Assembly (NCBI GenBank): GCA_963783385.1
Contig: CAWANJ010000006.1
Coordinates: 160,001 to 224,000 of the forward strand
Direction: 5' to 3'
From: an uncultured Gemmatimonadales bacterium
GTDB lineage: Bacteria > Gemmatimonadota > Gemmatimonadetes > Palauibacterales > Palauibacteraceae
DNA length: 64,000 nt
Shown one piece after another: positions 1 to 10,421 of the stretch. How positions within the stretch are numbered: position 1 is the first letter of the stretch; each line of letters starts with the position of its first letter. Position numbers and translations under genes: made by a program. The notes beneath the pieces were generated by a model, which was not told the origin of the DNA, made no database searches, and saw only the letters and a list, made by a program, of their open reading frames with translations.

Positions 1-468
1 GGCCCGCGCCAGCAGCCGCCACTCCCTGGCCACGAGAACGACGATGAAAGCGTCCACCACGGTGAGGCCCCCCAGCCACACCGAGGGCACGGTCGCGAGC
101 CGGTAGACCTGGTAGGCCAGGAACAGTCCCAGCACGACCAGGGCGATCGGGAACACCCGCCTCTTCTCGGCCAGGAGTCCTCCCACCAGCCCGAGCTTCA
201 CGAGGCCATGCACCAGCAGGTAGGCCGTGACGAAGGCCTTGGTGCCCACGGACAGGTGCCTCGCCAGCCCGAGGAGCCCGTTGGCCACCAGGTCGCCCGG
301 ATCCTCCGACAGCTCGCCCCGCACCAGGTGCTGAACGAGCACCGCGATCTGGTGCCGGCTCGCCACGGCCAGCGCCACTCCGCCCACTACCTCCAGGAGG
401 CCGTCCAGTCCCTTGAGCCACATCCCGACCCGGAAGAGCTGGTGCAGGCGGTCCGGCTTGTGGCTCAC
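1..468 (-). CDS. DUF2127-family membrane protein (3' end runs off window)
   Basis: Manual translation MSHKPDRLHQLFRVGMWLKGLDGLLEVVGG...ELSEDPGDLVA...YLLVHGLVKLGLV; its GTG start overlaps the udg stop (GTGA). Confidence 0.75.
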   Translation of the reverse strand, partial: MSHKPDRLHQLFRVGMWLKGLDGLLEVVGGVALAVASRHQIAVLVQHLVRGELSEDPGDLVANGLLGLARHLSVGTKAFVTAYLLVHGLVKLGLVGGLLAEKRRVFPIALVVLGLFLAYQVYRLATVPSVWLGGLTVVDAFIVVLVAREWRLLARA

Positions 469-1301
469 GCCGTCCCGAGCTCCAGGGCCCTGCCCCAGAT
501 CCGGTCGAACATCGGCTCTGTGAGTGTGCCCGTGAAGGTGTTTTGCTGGCTGGGATGGTAGGAGGTGAGGAGGGTGAGGGGGGCGGGCGACGGCTGGCCC
601 GCGTCAGCGCCCGCGGGCGACATGGCCGCGTCCGGCGCATCGGCCCGGCCCGGGGCCCCGAGCTCGACCTCGAGCCCGTGCCCGAAGCCGGGCATCGGTG
701 ACGGGACCGTCCACCCCCGGTCCCGGAAGATGCGCAGCACGTGGCGGTAGGCGTACCCGCCCAGGGCCACGATCACCCGCACGTCCTCCAGCAGGTCGAT
801 CTCACGCTCCAGGTACGGGCGGCAGTTCGCGCGCTCCGACGGGCTGGGCCGGTTCCCGGGAGGGGCACAGCGCACCGAGGCGGTGATCCAGGTGCCGAGG
901 AGCTCGAGCCCGTCGTCTCGCGAGGTGGCCTCGGCCCGCGTGGCCAGGCCGGCCCGGTGGAGCGCTCGGAAGAGCCAGTCGCCCGACCGGTCTCCCGTGA
1001 ACATGCGACCCGTCCGGTTGGCGCCGTGGGCGGCCGGCGCCAGGCCCACGACCAGGAGCCAGGCGGCCGCGTCACCGAAGCCCGGAACCGGCCTCCCCCA
1101 GTACGTCTGGTCCGCGAAGGACGCCCGCTTCTCGCGCGCCACCTTCTCGCGCCAGCGCACCAGGCGGGGGCAGCGCCGGCACGCCACGACCTCCTCCCGG
1201 AGCTCGGACAGCGCCCGGCGGCGGGCGCGGAGCGACCGGCCGGCGGCGCTGCGCTCGCGCCGCCCCTGTGGACCTGCCGGTCTCTCCCGCTCGGCGTTCA
1301 C
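465..1301 (-). CDS. udgB: Uracil-DNA glycosylase family 5 (UdgB-like, Fe-S)
   Basis: CRRCPRL Fe-S motif, GLAPAAHGANRTGRMFTGDRSG, VRCAPPGNRP, SYHPSQQNT. Confidence 0.92.
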   Translation of the reverse strand: MNAERERPAGPQGRRERSAAGRSLRARRRALSELREEVVACRRCPRLVRWREKVAREKRASFADQTYWGRPVPGFGDAAAWLLVVGLAPAAHGANRTGRMFTGDRSGDWLFRALHRAGLATRAEATSRDDGLELLGTWITASVRCAPPGNRPSPSERANCRPYLEREIDLLEDVRVIVALGGYAYRHVLRIFRDRGWTVPSPMPGFGHGLEVELGAPGRADAPDAAMSPAGADAGQPSPAPLTLLTSYHPSQQNTFTGTLTEPMFDRIWGRALELGTA

Positions 1302-1712
1302 TTGCGCAGCAGGAGCACCGGGATGTGGACCTGGTGCCGGACCTCGGAAGCGGCGCTCCCCAGGAGGAGATCCAGGACCCCACGGTGCCCGTGGGTCGCC
1401 ATGGCGATCAGGTCGACGCCCAGCTCGGCCGCGGTCGCGACGATGCCCTCCCCCGGCGTCCCGTAGCGGATCTCGCCGCGGACATCGATGCCCCGCTCCT
1501 TCAGACGGTCGACCCGTCGCTGAAGCCGCTCACGGTGCTCGCCCTCCTCGGGGTCCTGGAGACGGCCCTGGAAGTAGCGACCGCGCCATCCGCCGGCCAC
1601 GTGCAGGAGGATGACCTCCGAGCCGCACAGCTTCGGCGAGCTCGGACACGTGGTCCAGGATCCCCTCCTCGCCCTCCTCCAGCTCCAGCGGCACGAGTAT
1701 CGTCCCGTACAC
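1298..1712 (-). CDS. Universal stress protein (frameshift near 1630)
   Basis: [10 protein letters not shown]-terminus in one frame; [29 protein letters not shown] in the next frame. Confidence 0.85.
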
Positions 1713-1811
1713 GTCTCACCTCCATGGTTGCTACAGGGGCGGCCCGGTCGGCCGACCACCACCGATCTCCGCCGGCCGCCGATCGGCCCGCCTCGCCTCC
1801 GCGCAGCGCCT

Positions 1812-3156
1812 TCAGGACCCTCCCGTGACCACCAGGTAGATCAGGAACAGGTTCACCAGAACGATGACCGCCGTGATCACCCAACCCACGATCCGCGTCA
1901 GCCTGCGGTTGACGAATCCCCCACCCATGAGCTTCTCGGACGATGTGAAGCGCAGGAGAGGGACGATCGCGAACGGGAGCTGGAGGCTGAGCACCACCTG
2001 GCTCAGCACGAGCAGGAAGAGCGGGTCCGTTCCCAGGGCCACCGCGATGATGACGGGGATCATGGTCAGGAGCCGCGTCACGAGGCGGCGCACCCACGGC
2101 TTGACCTTGACCTGCAGGAAGCCCTCCATGACCACCTGTCCCGCCAGGGTTCCGGTGGCCGAGGAGGACAGGCCCGCCGCCAGGAGCGCGACGGCGAAAA
2201 CGGTGGCCGACGCGCTTCCGAGCAGAGGACCCAGCGTATGGTGGGCCTGCTGGATGCTCGCGACCTGGAGGCCGCGCGCGCCGAACACGGCCGCCGACAT
2301 GATGAGAATGGCCGCGTTGACGAACAGGGCCCCGTTCAGGGCGATGGCCGAGTCGATGAAGGCGAAGTGGACGAGCTTGCGCTTGTGCTCCTCCTCCTCG
2401 GACTTCTTCCGGTACTGGGACAGGGCCGAGTGCAGGTAGACGTTGTGCGGCATCACGGTGGCGCCCAGCATGCCGATGGCTACGAACACGGCGGCCTCCG
2501 GCATGCGCGGCACCGCGAGGCTGTAGAACACCTGACCCACGTCCGGCCTCGCCAGGAGGATCTCCACCACGTAGCCCCCGCCCACGATGGCCACCATCGC
2601 CGTGATCGCGATCTCGAACCACCGGAAGCCGGCCCGCTGCAGCGCCAGCACCAGGAGCACGTCGAACGCCGTGATGAAGCACAGCCGGAATGAGCCCGAT
2701 GTGGAACAGGAGGTGGATGCCGATGGCCGCACCGAGGAACTCGGCCAGGTCGGTGGCCATCATGGCCAGCTCGGCCGTGATCCACAGGAGCATGGCCACG
2801 CCGCGCGAGTACTCCTCCCGGCAGAGCTCGGCCAGGTCGTGGTTGGTGGCGATCCCGAGCTTGGCGGCCAGCGTCTGCAGGAAGATCGCGAAGATGTTGC
2901 TCCACAGAAGGACCCACAGGAGCTTGTAGCCGAACTCCGCCCCGCCGGAGATGTCCGTGGCCCAGTTGCCCGGGTCCATGTAGCCCACGCTCACGATGAA
3001 CGCGGGGCCGAGGTAGGGAAGCAGGACGGAGGGCGTCAGGTACTCGCGCAGGAGGCCCCGGATGCGGACCGTCACGGACTCGCGGCCACTTCCGCCTCCG
3101 CCCTGGTCCTCTCCGTCCGGTCCCGGGCCGTTGGCATCCGCCACGGGGGCGTTCAC
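1812..3156 (-). CDS. mntH: Nramp-family divalent metal transporter (frameshift near 2690)
   Basis: [12 protein letters not shown] and [13 protein letters not shown] signature motifs; [12 protein letters not shown]. Confidence 0.92.
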
Positions 3157-3623
3157 GGAGATCGGTCCGCCTCGGTGAGGGAAATGTCGCCCGCCTCCTT
3201 GGGCGCCGAGAGGACGATGGAGGTGTTGGTACCCTCGATGCCCGGGAGCCCCAGGAGCCGCTTGATCTCCCGGTTCATCTCCGTCTCGCTCCGGAAGCGT
3301 CCGATCACCATGACGTCGAACTCGCCGGTGATCTCGTACACGTGCGTCAGGCGGTCGTCGGCCACCAGCGCCTCCACGATGCGCGGGAGCGCGTCGCCAC
3401 GTGCCTTGATGCGGATGACCGCCACCAGCCCGTAGCCCAGCCTCGAATAGTCGACCACGGGGCGGTAGCCCGCGATGACCCCGCTCTCCTCGAGCTCGCG
3501 GAGATGGTTGCGGACTGTGCTCGTCGATACGCCCAGCGCCTCCCCCAGCTCCCGCAGGGACCGGCGCGCATCGTCACGCAGTGCCTCGATGAGGCGCGCA
3601 TCCAGATCCTGATAGGCCATCAT
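3153..3623 (-). CDS. Lrp/AsnC family transcriptional regulator
   Basis: N-terminal HTH ([24 protein letters not shown]) and RAM domain (YEITGEFD). Confidence 0.9.
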   Translation of the reverse strand: MMAYQDLDARLIEALRDDARRSLRELGEALGVSTSTVRNHLRELEESGVIAGYRPVVDYSRLGYGLVAVIRIKARGDALPRIVEALVADDRLTHVYEITGEFDVMVIGRFRSETEMNREIKRLLGLPGIEGTNTSIVLSAPKEAGDISLTEADRSP

Positions 3624-5143
3624 GCGGTCTCTGCCTTGATCTGCAGGTCGGGGTCCGCGGCCGGAGGCGACTCCGGGGAGAGCCGCCGGCCGTAGAGGCG
3701 TCGCTCAACGCGGGCCTCGGCCCCCAGAGGATAACGCCAGTAGCGCCACGGTGCCGAGAGAAGGTGGCGGGCGATGAAGGGCCCGGCCACCTCCGGAGCG
3801 TCCTCGAACAGGTCACGGCCGAGCCGGACGCGGACCTGCTCGAGCCGGCGGATGGCCTCGTCGGGATCGTCACGCACCAAACGTCGGAACAGGACCGCCG
3901 CCAGGTGACGCAGGCTGCGCTCGGGGACGCCCTCGACCTCCGGCATGAAGGTGACGGCCCGGATGGACGGCGCGTGGAACACGAGGTCGGCGTCCGCTTC
4001 CACGAGCCACAGCCCCCGCCGGCCTCCCGACGCCGCCTCCCGTGCCGCCGCCTCGTCGCTGCCGTCGGCCGCCGTGAGCCGTTCGGCCGGGATCCACAGC
4101 TCGCGGTAGTGGCCGTCCGTGACGATCCACTCCAGGCGACCGGCTTCCCGTCCGTCCGCCCGGATCCACAGCTCGACCCGCTCCCAGTCGCGCTCCCAGA
4201 ACTTGCTCAGCTCGGCGGGGGTGAGGGCCAGGTATCGCCACACCCAGTAAGCCTGACCCTCCAGCCACCAGGGCCCGTCGGATTCCCGCTCGTACGGGCG
4301 GCCCGGCCCCTGTTTCACGTACAGGAGGAGCACCGGAGGAACCGGGCGAGGGACGAAGAACGCGCCGACGAGGAGGTCGACGAGGAACAGGCCCGCGAGG
4401 GCGGCCAGAAAGGTTCCCCAGCCCTCGGTGCTGCCGTGCCGGACGAAGGGCAGCAGGTATCGGACGATCACGACCGGGAGCGCTCCCAGGACGGCGGTGA
4501 CCGCGTCGCGATAGATCCCATACAGCAGGAGGACCAGCAGCGGCAGTCCCGCCGGGATCCACAGGTCGAGAGCCGGGCGGAAGACCCCGACACGATGGAG
4601 CAGCGGCACGCTCACCGCGGCGAGGACCAGACCGGTCAGGGTGGCCAGCGGGAGCTTGTACGTGGCGAAGAACATGCTGGTGAAGCCCGAGATGTGGCGC
4701 GGATCCAGGAGCCCTCGGCCCAGGGACGTCCCGTCGTGGACGACGTCCACGCGTCCGCCGCCGACGGGCTTCAGCTCGAGCTCCAGCCTCCGCAGGCGCT
4801 CCAGCACGTCCCGGCCCGCCTCGCTCTTGACCCCGAGCCGGTAGCGGCCCAGGCGCCGGAAGCGGCGCAGAACGAGGAGGAGAGGGCCGATGAGGAACAG
4901 CAGCACATAGCTGCGGAATCTCGGCACCTGGAGGTCCGGACGATCGAGGCCGAGGCGATAGAGCACCGGATCAGCCAGCCCCGCCTCGCGCAGCCGAGCG
5001 GGAACGCCGTCCTCGAGCCGGAGCACGCTGGCCCAGTAGTCGGCGTACAGGTAGGGACCGCGGAGCAGGCCGCGGTCCCTGAGCCACTCGGCCAGCGACT
5101 GGACCGCTCCCTCCTCCGCCCGTGGCCGGTCTTCCGCGTTCAT
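3620..5143 (-). CDS. Hypothetical membrane protein with a Trp-rich soluble C-terminal domain
   Basis: Long ORF with several hydrophobic segments and YWVWRY..KFWERDWERVELW; its stop overlaps the lrp start. Confidence 0.65.
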   Translation of the reverse strand: MNAEDRPRAEEGAVQSLAEWLRDRGLLRGPYLYADYWASVLRLEDGVPARLREAGLADPVLYRLGLDRPDLQVPRFRSYVLLFLIGPLLLVLRRFRRLGRYRLGVKSEAGRDVLERLRRLELELKPVGGGRVDVVHDGTSLGRGLLDPRHISGFTSMFFATYKLPLATLTGLVLAAVSVPLLHRVGVFRPALDLWIPAGLPLLVLLLYGIYRDAVTAVLGALPVVIVRYLLPFVRHGSTEGWGTFLAALAGLFLVDLLVGAFFVPRPVPPVLLLYVKQGPGRPYERESDGPWWLEGQAYWVWRYLALTPAELSKFWERDWERVELWIRADGREAGRLEWIVTDGHYRELWIPAERLTAADGSDEAAAREAASGGRRGLWLVEADADLVFHAPSIRAVTFMPEVEGVPERSLRHLAAVLFRRLVRDDPDEAIRRLEQVRVRLGRDLFEDAPEVAGPFIARHLLSAPWRYWRYPLGAEARVERRLYGRRLSPESPPAADPDLQIKAETA

Positions 5144-5254
5144 CCGCCTGCCCCTCCCGTGGCCCGGCGCCGTTGTGCGCCTCGTCGGTCGGACCCACAT
5201 TCCGCCGGTCCGCGACTCGGTCCCGCTCGCCTGAATCTAAGCCGGGAGGCTCCA

Positions 5255-6171
5255 TGCGCTTCAACCTCGTCCGTCGCGCACCGGCGGTCGCCGGATCCAT
5301 CCTGGCCCTGGCCCTCCTCCTGGCACCCTCCGGCTCGTTCGCCCAGTCGGCGAGCGGCTCGCCGGACTCCGTGCGGGGCGTCCGCTGGTTCCCGCGCACC
5401 AGCCCCTTCCCCTCGCTCCTGGCCGACCCACGCGAGGTGGGACTCAGAGGCTCCTTCATCCTGGCCGACCGGCCACGGCTCGGCGCATACAGCGGCCGCA
5501 ACATCGAAGCGGACGTGGCCGTGGGACACCGGTTCGGCGTCGTGAGATTCCAGGAGGCCACGGCATCCCGTCCCGCCGTGCAGCTCGGCTTCGAGGTGGG
5601 CGTGGTCTCCCGCTTCTACATGCAGACGTCCACCCGGGACCTGATCGACGTGACGTACCGCGTGGGCGTGCCCCTGTCGCTGGGGTGGCGCGGCTGGGAG
5701 GGGCGGCTGGAGCTACTGCACGAGAGCTCGCACGTGGGCGACGACTTCCTGTCCCGGTTCGGCTTTCCGTACGGGTCCTTCCACGAGGTGAGCCGGGAGG
5801 GCGTGGAGCTCCTCGTGGCGCGCCGGGTCACCCCCGATATCCGGGTCTACGTCGGGGGGGATGCCAACTTCCACGCCAATACGTCGGTGGAGAGGACCGA
5901 CGTGCGCTGGGGAGCCGAGTGGGATCCCGCGCCGGGCCAGGGCCGGGGCGATAGCGCCCACCTCGCGGCGTGGCCCTACGCCGGGGCGGATTTCTTCCTC
6001 AGCGAGGAGAACCGTCGAGTGGCGGGGAGCGGAGTCGCGGGCGTGGGCCTGCGCGTCGAGGGCGTGACGCTGCGGCTCGAGGCACGGGGCCACTATGGAC
6101 CCTCCACGATGGGCTATTTCCGGAACACGCCCGAGACGTTCGCCGGACTCGGATTGCGGGTCGTGCTCTAG
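5255..6171 (+). CDS. DUF1207-like secreted/outer-membrane protein
   Basis: GGAGG RBS, signal peptide, FPSLLADPRE and HESSHVGDDF motifs. Confidence 0.7.
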
Positions 6172-6236
6172 CCGCCTCGCCCGTCCTCTGGCGATCCTCG
6201 CCGTCCCACGACCGCTCCGCAGGCACGAGGGAGAGC

Positions 6237-6515
6237 ATGACGACCTTCCCGCCCGACCCGGAGGAACGCGACCTGGTGGCCGTGAAGAGCGTCGCGCGGC
6301 CCGACGGAGGCCGCCGGTTCGCGCTGGAGGAAGGACTCGGCGAGGAGGCGGCGGGCCTCCGGGAGCTGCTCGGGGCGCAGCGACACGAGAGCGACCTGGT
6401 GAGCGCCATGCGGGAGGTGGGTTTCCACCTCACCATGATCGGGGGAGGCGCCTCGCCCGAGGAGACGCGACGCTTCTACTTCCGGAAGGTCGGGGGGAGC
6501 GCGGAGGGCAGCTGA
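6237..6515 (+). CDS. Hypothetical protein
   Basis: GGGAG RBS upstream of ATG, typical codon usage. Confidence 0.5.
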   Translation: MTTFPPDPEERDLVAVKSVARPDGGRRFALEEGLGEEAAGLRELLGAQRHESDLVSAMREVGFHLTMIGGGASPEETRRFYFRKVGGSAEGS

Positions 6516-6568
6516 CCGGGAGACCGCCGGACGGCGTCGGTCGTGAGCCGCGGATCGGCCGCCCGTGC

Positions 6569-6793
6569 TCAGCCCACGTCGACGCCGGACACACGCTCGG
6601 CGGGTCCGGCGCGCTCGACGCGCGCCACGACCCGCAGGACGTCGCCGGCTCTGAGTCCGGGCGGCAGGAGATCCCGAGGGAGCTCGAATCCGCGTCCGTC
6701 CGCGATCTCGAGGAGCTCGACCACATCCTCCGTCACGTCGAACACCACGAGCTTCCTGCGCTCGGTGTCCGTGGCACTGTGCATGGCATCCAT
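6569..6793 (-). CDS. DUF3006-like small protein
   Basis: FELPRDLLPPGLRAGDVLRV resembles the DUF3006 motif. Confidence 0.5.
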   Translation of the reverse strand: MDAMHSATDTERRKLVVFDVTEDVVELLEIADGRGFELPRDLLPPGLRAGDVLRVVARVERAGPAERVSGVDVG

Positions 6794-7119
6794 CCCGTCT
6801 CGCTTTCGCACGGTCCCGCGGCGTTCACGGGCGGCGCGGACAAGCGCCGCGCTCGACGGGACACGGTTCAAGCCACGTGCCGCCCGCGCACCCAGGTCCC
6901 ATGACCCGTAAGCTACATGATAATAGACACTTAGACACATCGTAGCATACGGCGGACCGGCGGGGTCCGCGCGGCGACCGTGCAGCTTCCCTCCGGCTTG
7001 GCGATCTGCGAGGGCTTCCCGGGCGGCGCCTCCACGCCCCCGGAGCCTGGCCTCCGGGCGGTGTCGGATGGTCCGGAGGCCGGGAGATCCCTCCGCCAGG
7101 TGGTGCGGCCGATCTCGCC

Positions 7120-7573
7120 TCAGGAGCCCTCTTCCGGCTCCGACGAGTTCCAGATGTCGCGCCAGATCTTCCACGACCCGTCCTTGCCCTTCACCACCAC
7201 GTTCATCCACGGGCCACCCTGGGAAATCGTGTTCCCGTCCTCGTCTTTCCCCGTGAGCTCGTACGTGCCCCAACCCGCTCCCCAGTCCCCCGTCATTCTT
7301 GCTGCCCGTGACCGTGAGCTTGATCGTGATACCCTTGTAGTTCTGCATGTCGGCCACGATGTCGTCCGTCCCGCGCTGGGGATCGGCTCCCGGCGGGTAG
7401 CGGATGGCGTCAGGCGTGTACAGGGCCGCCGTGGCGTCGTAGTGTCCCGCGTTGAAGGTCGACTCCCACTGGGCGAGCAGCTTCGCCATGGGATCCTGGG
7501 ACTGGGCGCGCAGGGCTCCGGCGGAGGCCACGCACAGAGCGACCGCGACGAGCAGGACGGGACGGTACCGCAT
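7120..7573 (-). CDS. Secreted NTF2/SnoaL-like (DUF4440) protein (frameshift near 7275)
   Basis: Signal peptide; FNAGHYDATAALYTPDA; C-terminal DGSWKIWRDIWNS in a shifted frame. Confidence 0.8.
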
Positions 7574-7682
7574 GAGGCACACCTCCTGGAGTAAATTAGG
7601 TATGGAAAAGTCTTAGATCTTTAACATGGCACGATTTACGTGCCTCCACAAGGGAGTCCTCGAGCCGGGAGCCACTGACGCC

Positions 7683-9027
7683 ATGAAGCCGCGCGTCCTC
7701 GTGTTCAGGTGCCTGGCGACCGTCGCCGCCGGGGCGGTGACCGTCGGAAGCGCCCGGGCATCGGTGCCGGGTGCGATCGGGGGCCGCGCGACCGCCGCCG
7801 ACACGACGGTCCTCGCCCTCCGGCACGCCACGGTCATCGATGGCACCGGCGCGCCGCCCGCGCCGGATCGCACCGTGCTCATCCGGGACGGGAAGATCGC
7901 GGCCGTGTACCGGACGGGGACTCGGACCCTCCCCGACGGTGCCCGGACCGAAGACCTGTCGGGCCGGCTGGCTCATCCCGGGCCTCATCGACGCCCACGT
8001 CCACCTCACGGGCGCCGCCCCCGACATGGCGGCGTATGGGAAGCTCCTCGGCTGGGCGCTCCGGAACGGGATCACGTCGGTGCGGGACATGGCCGGCGAT
8101 GACCGCACCCTCGCGTATCTGTCCCGACAGGCGGAGATCGGGGAGATCGCCTCGCCCGACATCTACTACGCCGCGCTCATGGCCGGTCCGACCTTTTTCG
8201 CCGAGGACGGGCGCGCGCAGGCGGCCTCGGCCGGCGAGGTGGTCGGGCAGGCGCCCTACATGCGACAGATCACCGGCGCCACGGACCTGGCGCTCGCCGT
8301 GGCCGCCGCGAGGGGGACGGGGGCCACGGCGCTCAAGCTGTACGCCAACCTCCCCGCCGCCCTGGTGCGAGGCCTGACGGCCGAGGCGCACCGGCAGGGT
8401 CTGCTCGTGTGGACCCACGCGACCATCTTCCCGGCCGGGCCCATGGACGCGGTGCGGGCCGGCGCGGACGCCATCTCGCACAGCGCCTACCTGGCCTGGG
8501 CGGCGGCCGACCGGATCCCGCAGGACTACGGCGTCCGGGCCCGGGCGGACTACCGGCACATCGCGCCGGACGACGCCCGGATCCTGGCCGTGCTCGACAG
8601 CATGAAGTCCCGCGGCACCATCCTCGACGCGACGCTGTGGGTGTTCGCGCACGAGGTCGCGGAGGAACCGGGAAGCGTGGGGCCCGGGCTGGTGGACTGG
8701 GAGGGCGCTGTCACGCGGGAGGCGCATGCGCGCGGCGTGCTGGTGGACGCCGGCACCGACGACCTGGGCTCGCCGGAGGACACGGTGCCCAACCTCCATC
8801 GGGAGATGGCCTACCTGGTCGAGCACGCGGGCTTCACGCCGCTGGAGGCGATCGTGGCGGCGACGCGCGTGTCGGCCATGACGATCGGGCAGGAGGCCAC
8901 CCGCGGGACCATCAGCTCGGGGAAGCGCGCCGACCTGGTGGTCCTGTCGGCCGACCCGACTGCCGACATCCACAACACGCGCCGCGTCGTGGAGGTGTTC
9001 GAGGAGGGCCGCGCCCACGAACGCTGA
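7683..9027 (+). CDS. Secreted amidohydrolase family protein (frameshift near 7965)
   Basis: ATVIDGTG, IPGLIDAHVH, AGTD and GKRADLVVL motifs. Confidence 0.88.
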
Positions 9028-10403
9028 GCGATCCGCCGGAGCCGGCCTGCAGCGGGTCTTCCGGGTCCGCGACGGCCTGGCGGTCTCGGTCGGCATCGTC
9101 ATCGGCGCCGGCATCCTCCGCACCCCCGGCGCCATCGCCGGCTACCTGGGCCGCCCCTGGCTCATCCTGGCGGTGTGGCTGCTGGGCGGCCTGGTGGCCG
9201 GCCTCAGCACCCTCCTCCTGTCCGAGATGGCCGCCGCCCTCCCCACGGCGGGAGGGAAGTACGTATACGCCCGCGAGGCGTGGGGGCCTGCGGTGGGTTT
9301 CGTGGCGGGGTGGGCCGAACTGCTGGTCGCGAGAGGCTTCTCCGGGGCGGCCAAAGCGGTCGTCATCGCGGAGTACCTGGGACTCCTGGTCCATGGCGTG
9401 AACATCCCGGTCGCGGCCGGGACAGTGGTCCTCCTGTTCACGGCCCTGCACCTGGCCGGAGTGCGGACCGGGCGCGCCTTCCAGAACGCCAGCACCCTGA
9501 TCAAGGTCGTCCTCCTCCTGGTCATCGCCGCCGCCGGACTGGCGGCGGGGCTCGGAGCCGGGGGAGGAGGAGCGGCCGCGGCGGTCCGCGTGGCGCCGGG
9601 CGCCGGTGGCGTGGCTCCGGTGACCCTGCTCGGCCTCGCCCTCGCCTACCAGAACGTGGCGTTCGCCTACTACGGGTGGGAGGACGCCGCCAAGATGGCC
9701 GAGGAGACGCGCGATCCCGGTCGCTCCCTGCCGCGCATCCTCCTCGGCGGAGCCTGCGGCGGTCGCCCTCCTGTACCTCCTCGTCAACGGCTCCTTCCTG
9801 GCCGCCCTCACGCCGTACGCAGATGGCCGGCTCCAAGCTGGTGGCCCGGGAAGCGGTGGCCGGGACGTTCGGGCGCGCCTCCGGCACCTTCGTGATCGTC
9901 GCGGGTCTGCTCATCCTCCTCAGCAGCCTCAACGTCAACTTCCTGGGCATGCCGCGGGTGGCGCTCGCCCTGGCGCGGGACGGCCTCGCTCCGCGGGCCT
10001 TCGCGCGGGTCGGGAGTCACGCGGAACGCCGGTCCCGGGCCTTCTGTTCATCGCGGCGGTGCTGTTCGCCCTCGCGATCACCGGGGCGTTCGAGTGGATC
10101 ATCCGCTTCATGATGCTGGTGGCCATCTCGGTCGACACCGTCGTGCTGGCGGGCTTCTTCCGGCTGCGGCGGACGCGGCCCGAGCTGCACCGCCCGATGC
10201 GGGTGCCCGGCTGTCCGTGGCTTCCGGGCTTCGCTCTCCTGTTGCAGGTCCTCGTGCTGGCCGCCATCGTGGGCACGCAGCCACGCCTCGCGCTGGGGGG
10301 TGGGGCGATGCTGCTGGCGCTCGTCGCGGCCGGCGTCCTGACGGCGCGGCGAGGGCCCCCGCCCCGTGCCGGTAATCGAACCCCTACCGGACCGACTCCC
10401 TGA
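9024..10403 (+). CDS. APC-family amino acid permease (several frameshifts; start approximate)
   Basis: VGIVIGAGILRTPG, EMAAALPTAGGKYVY, FAYYGWE..AEETRDP, RPMRVPG. Confidence 0.85.
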
Positions 10404-10421
10404 GCCCCGACGGAGCTCGAC

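Noticed and set aside
6901-6950. AT-rich tract with a TAGACAC tandem repeat and an imperfect GCTAC/GTAGC inverted repeat
   Set aside because: Too short to call; probably a promoter element of the small minus-strand gene
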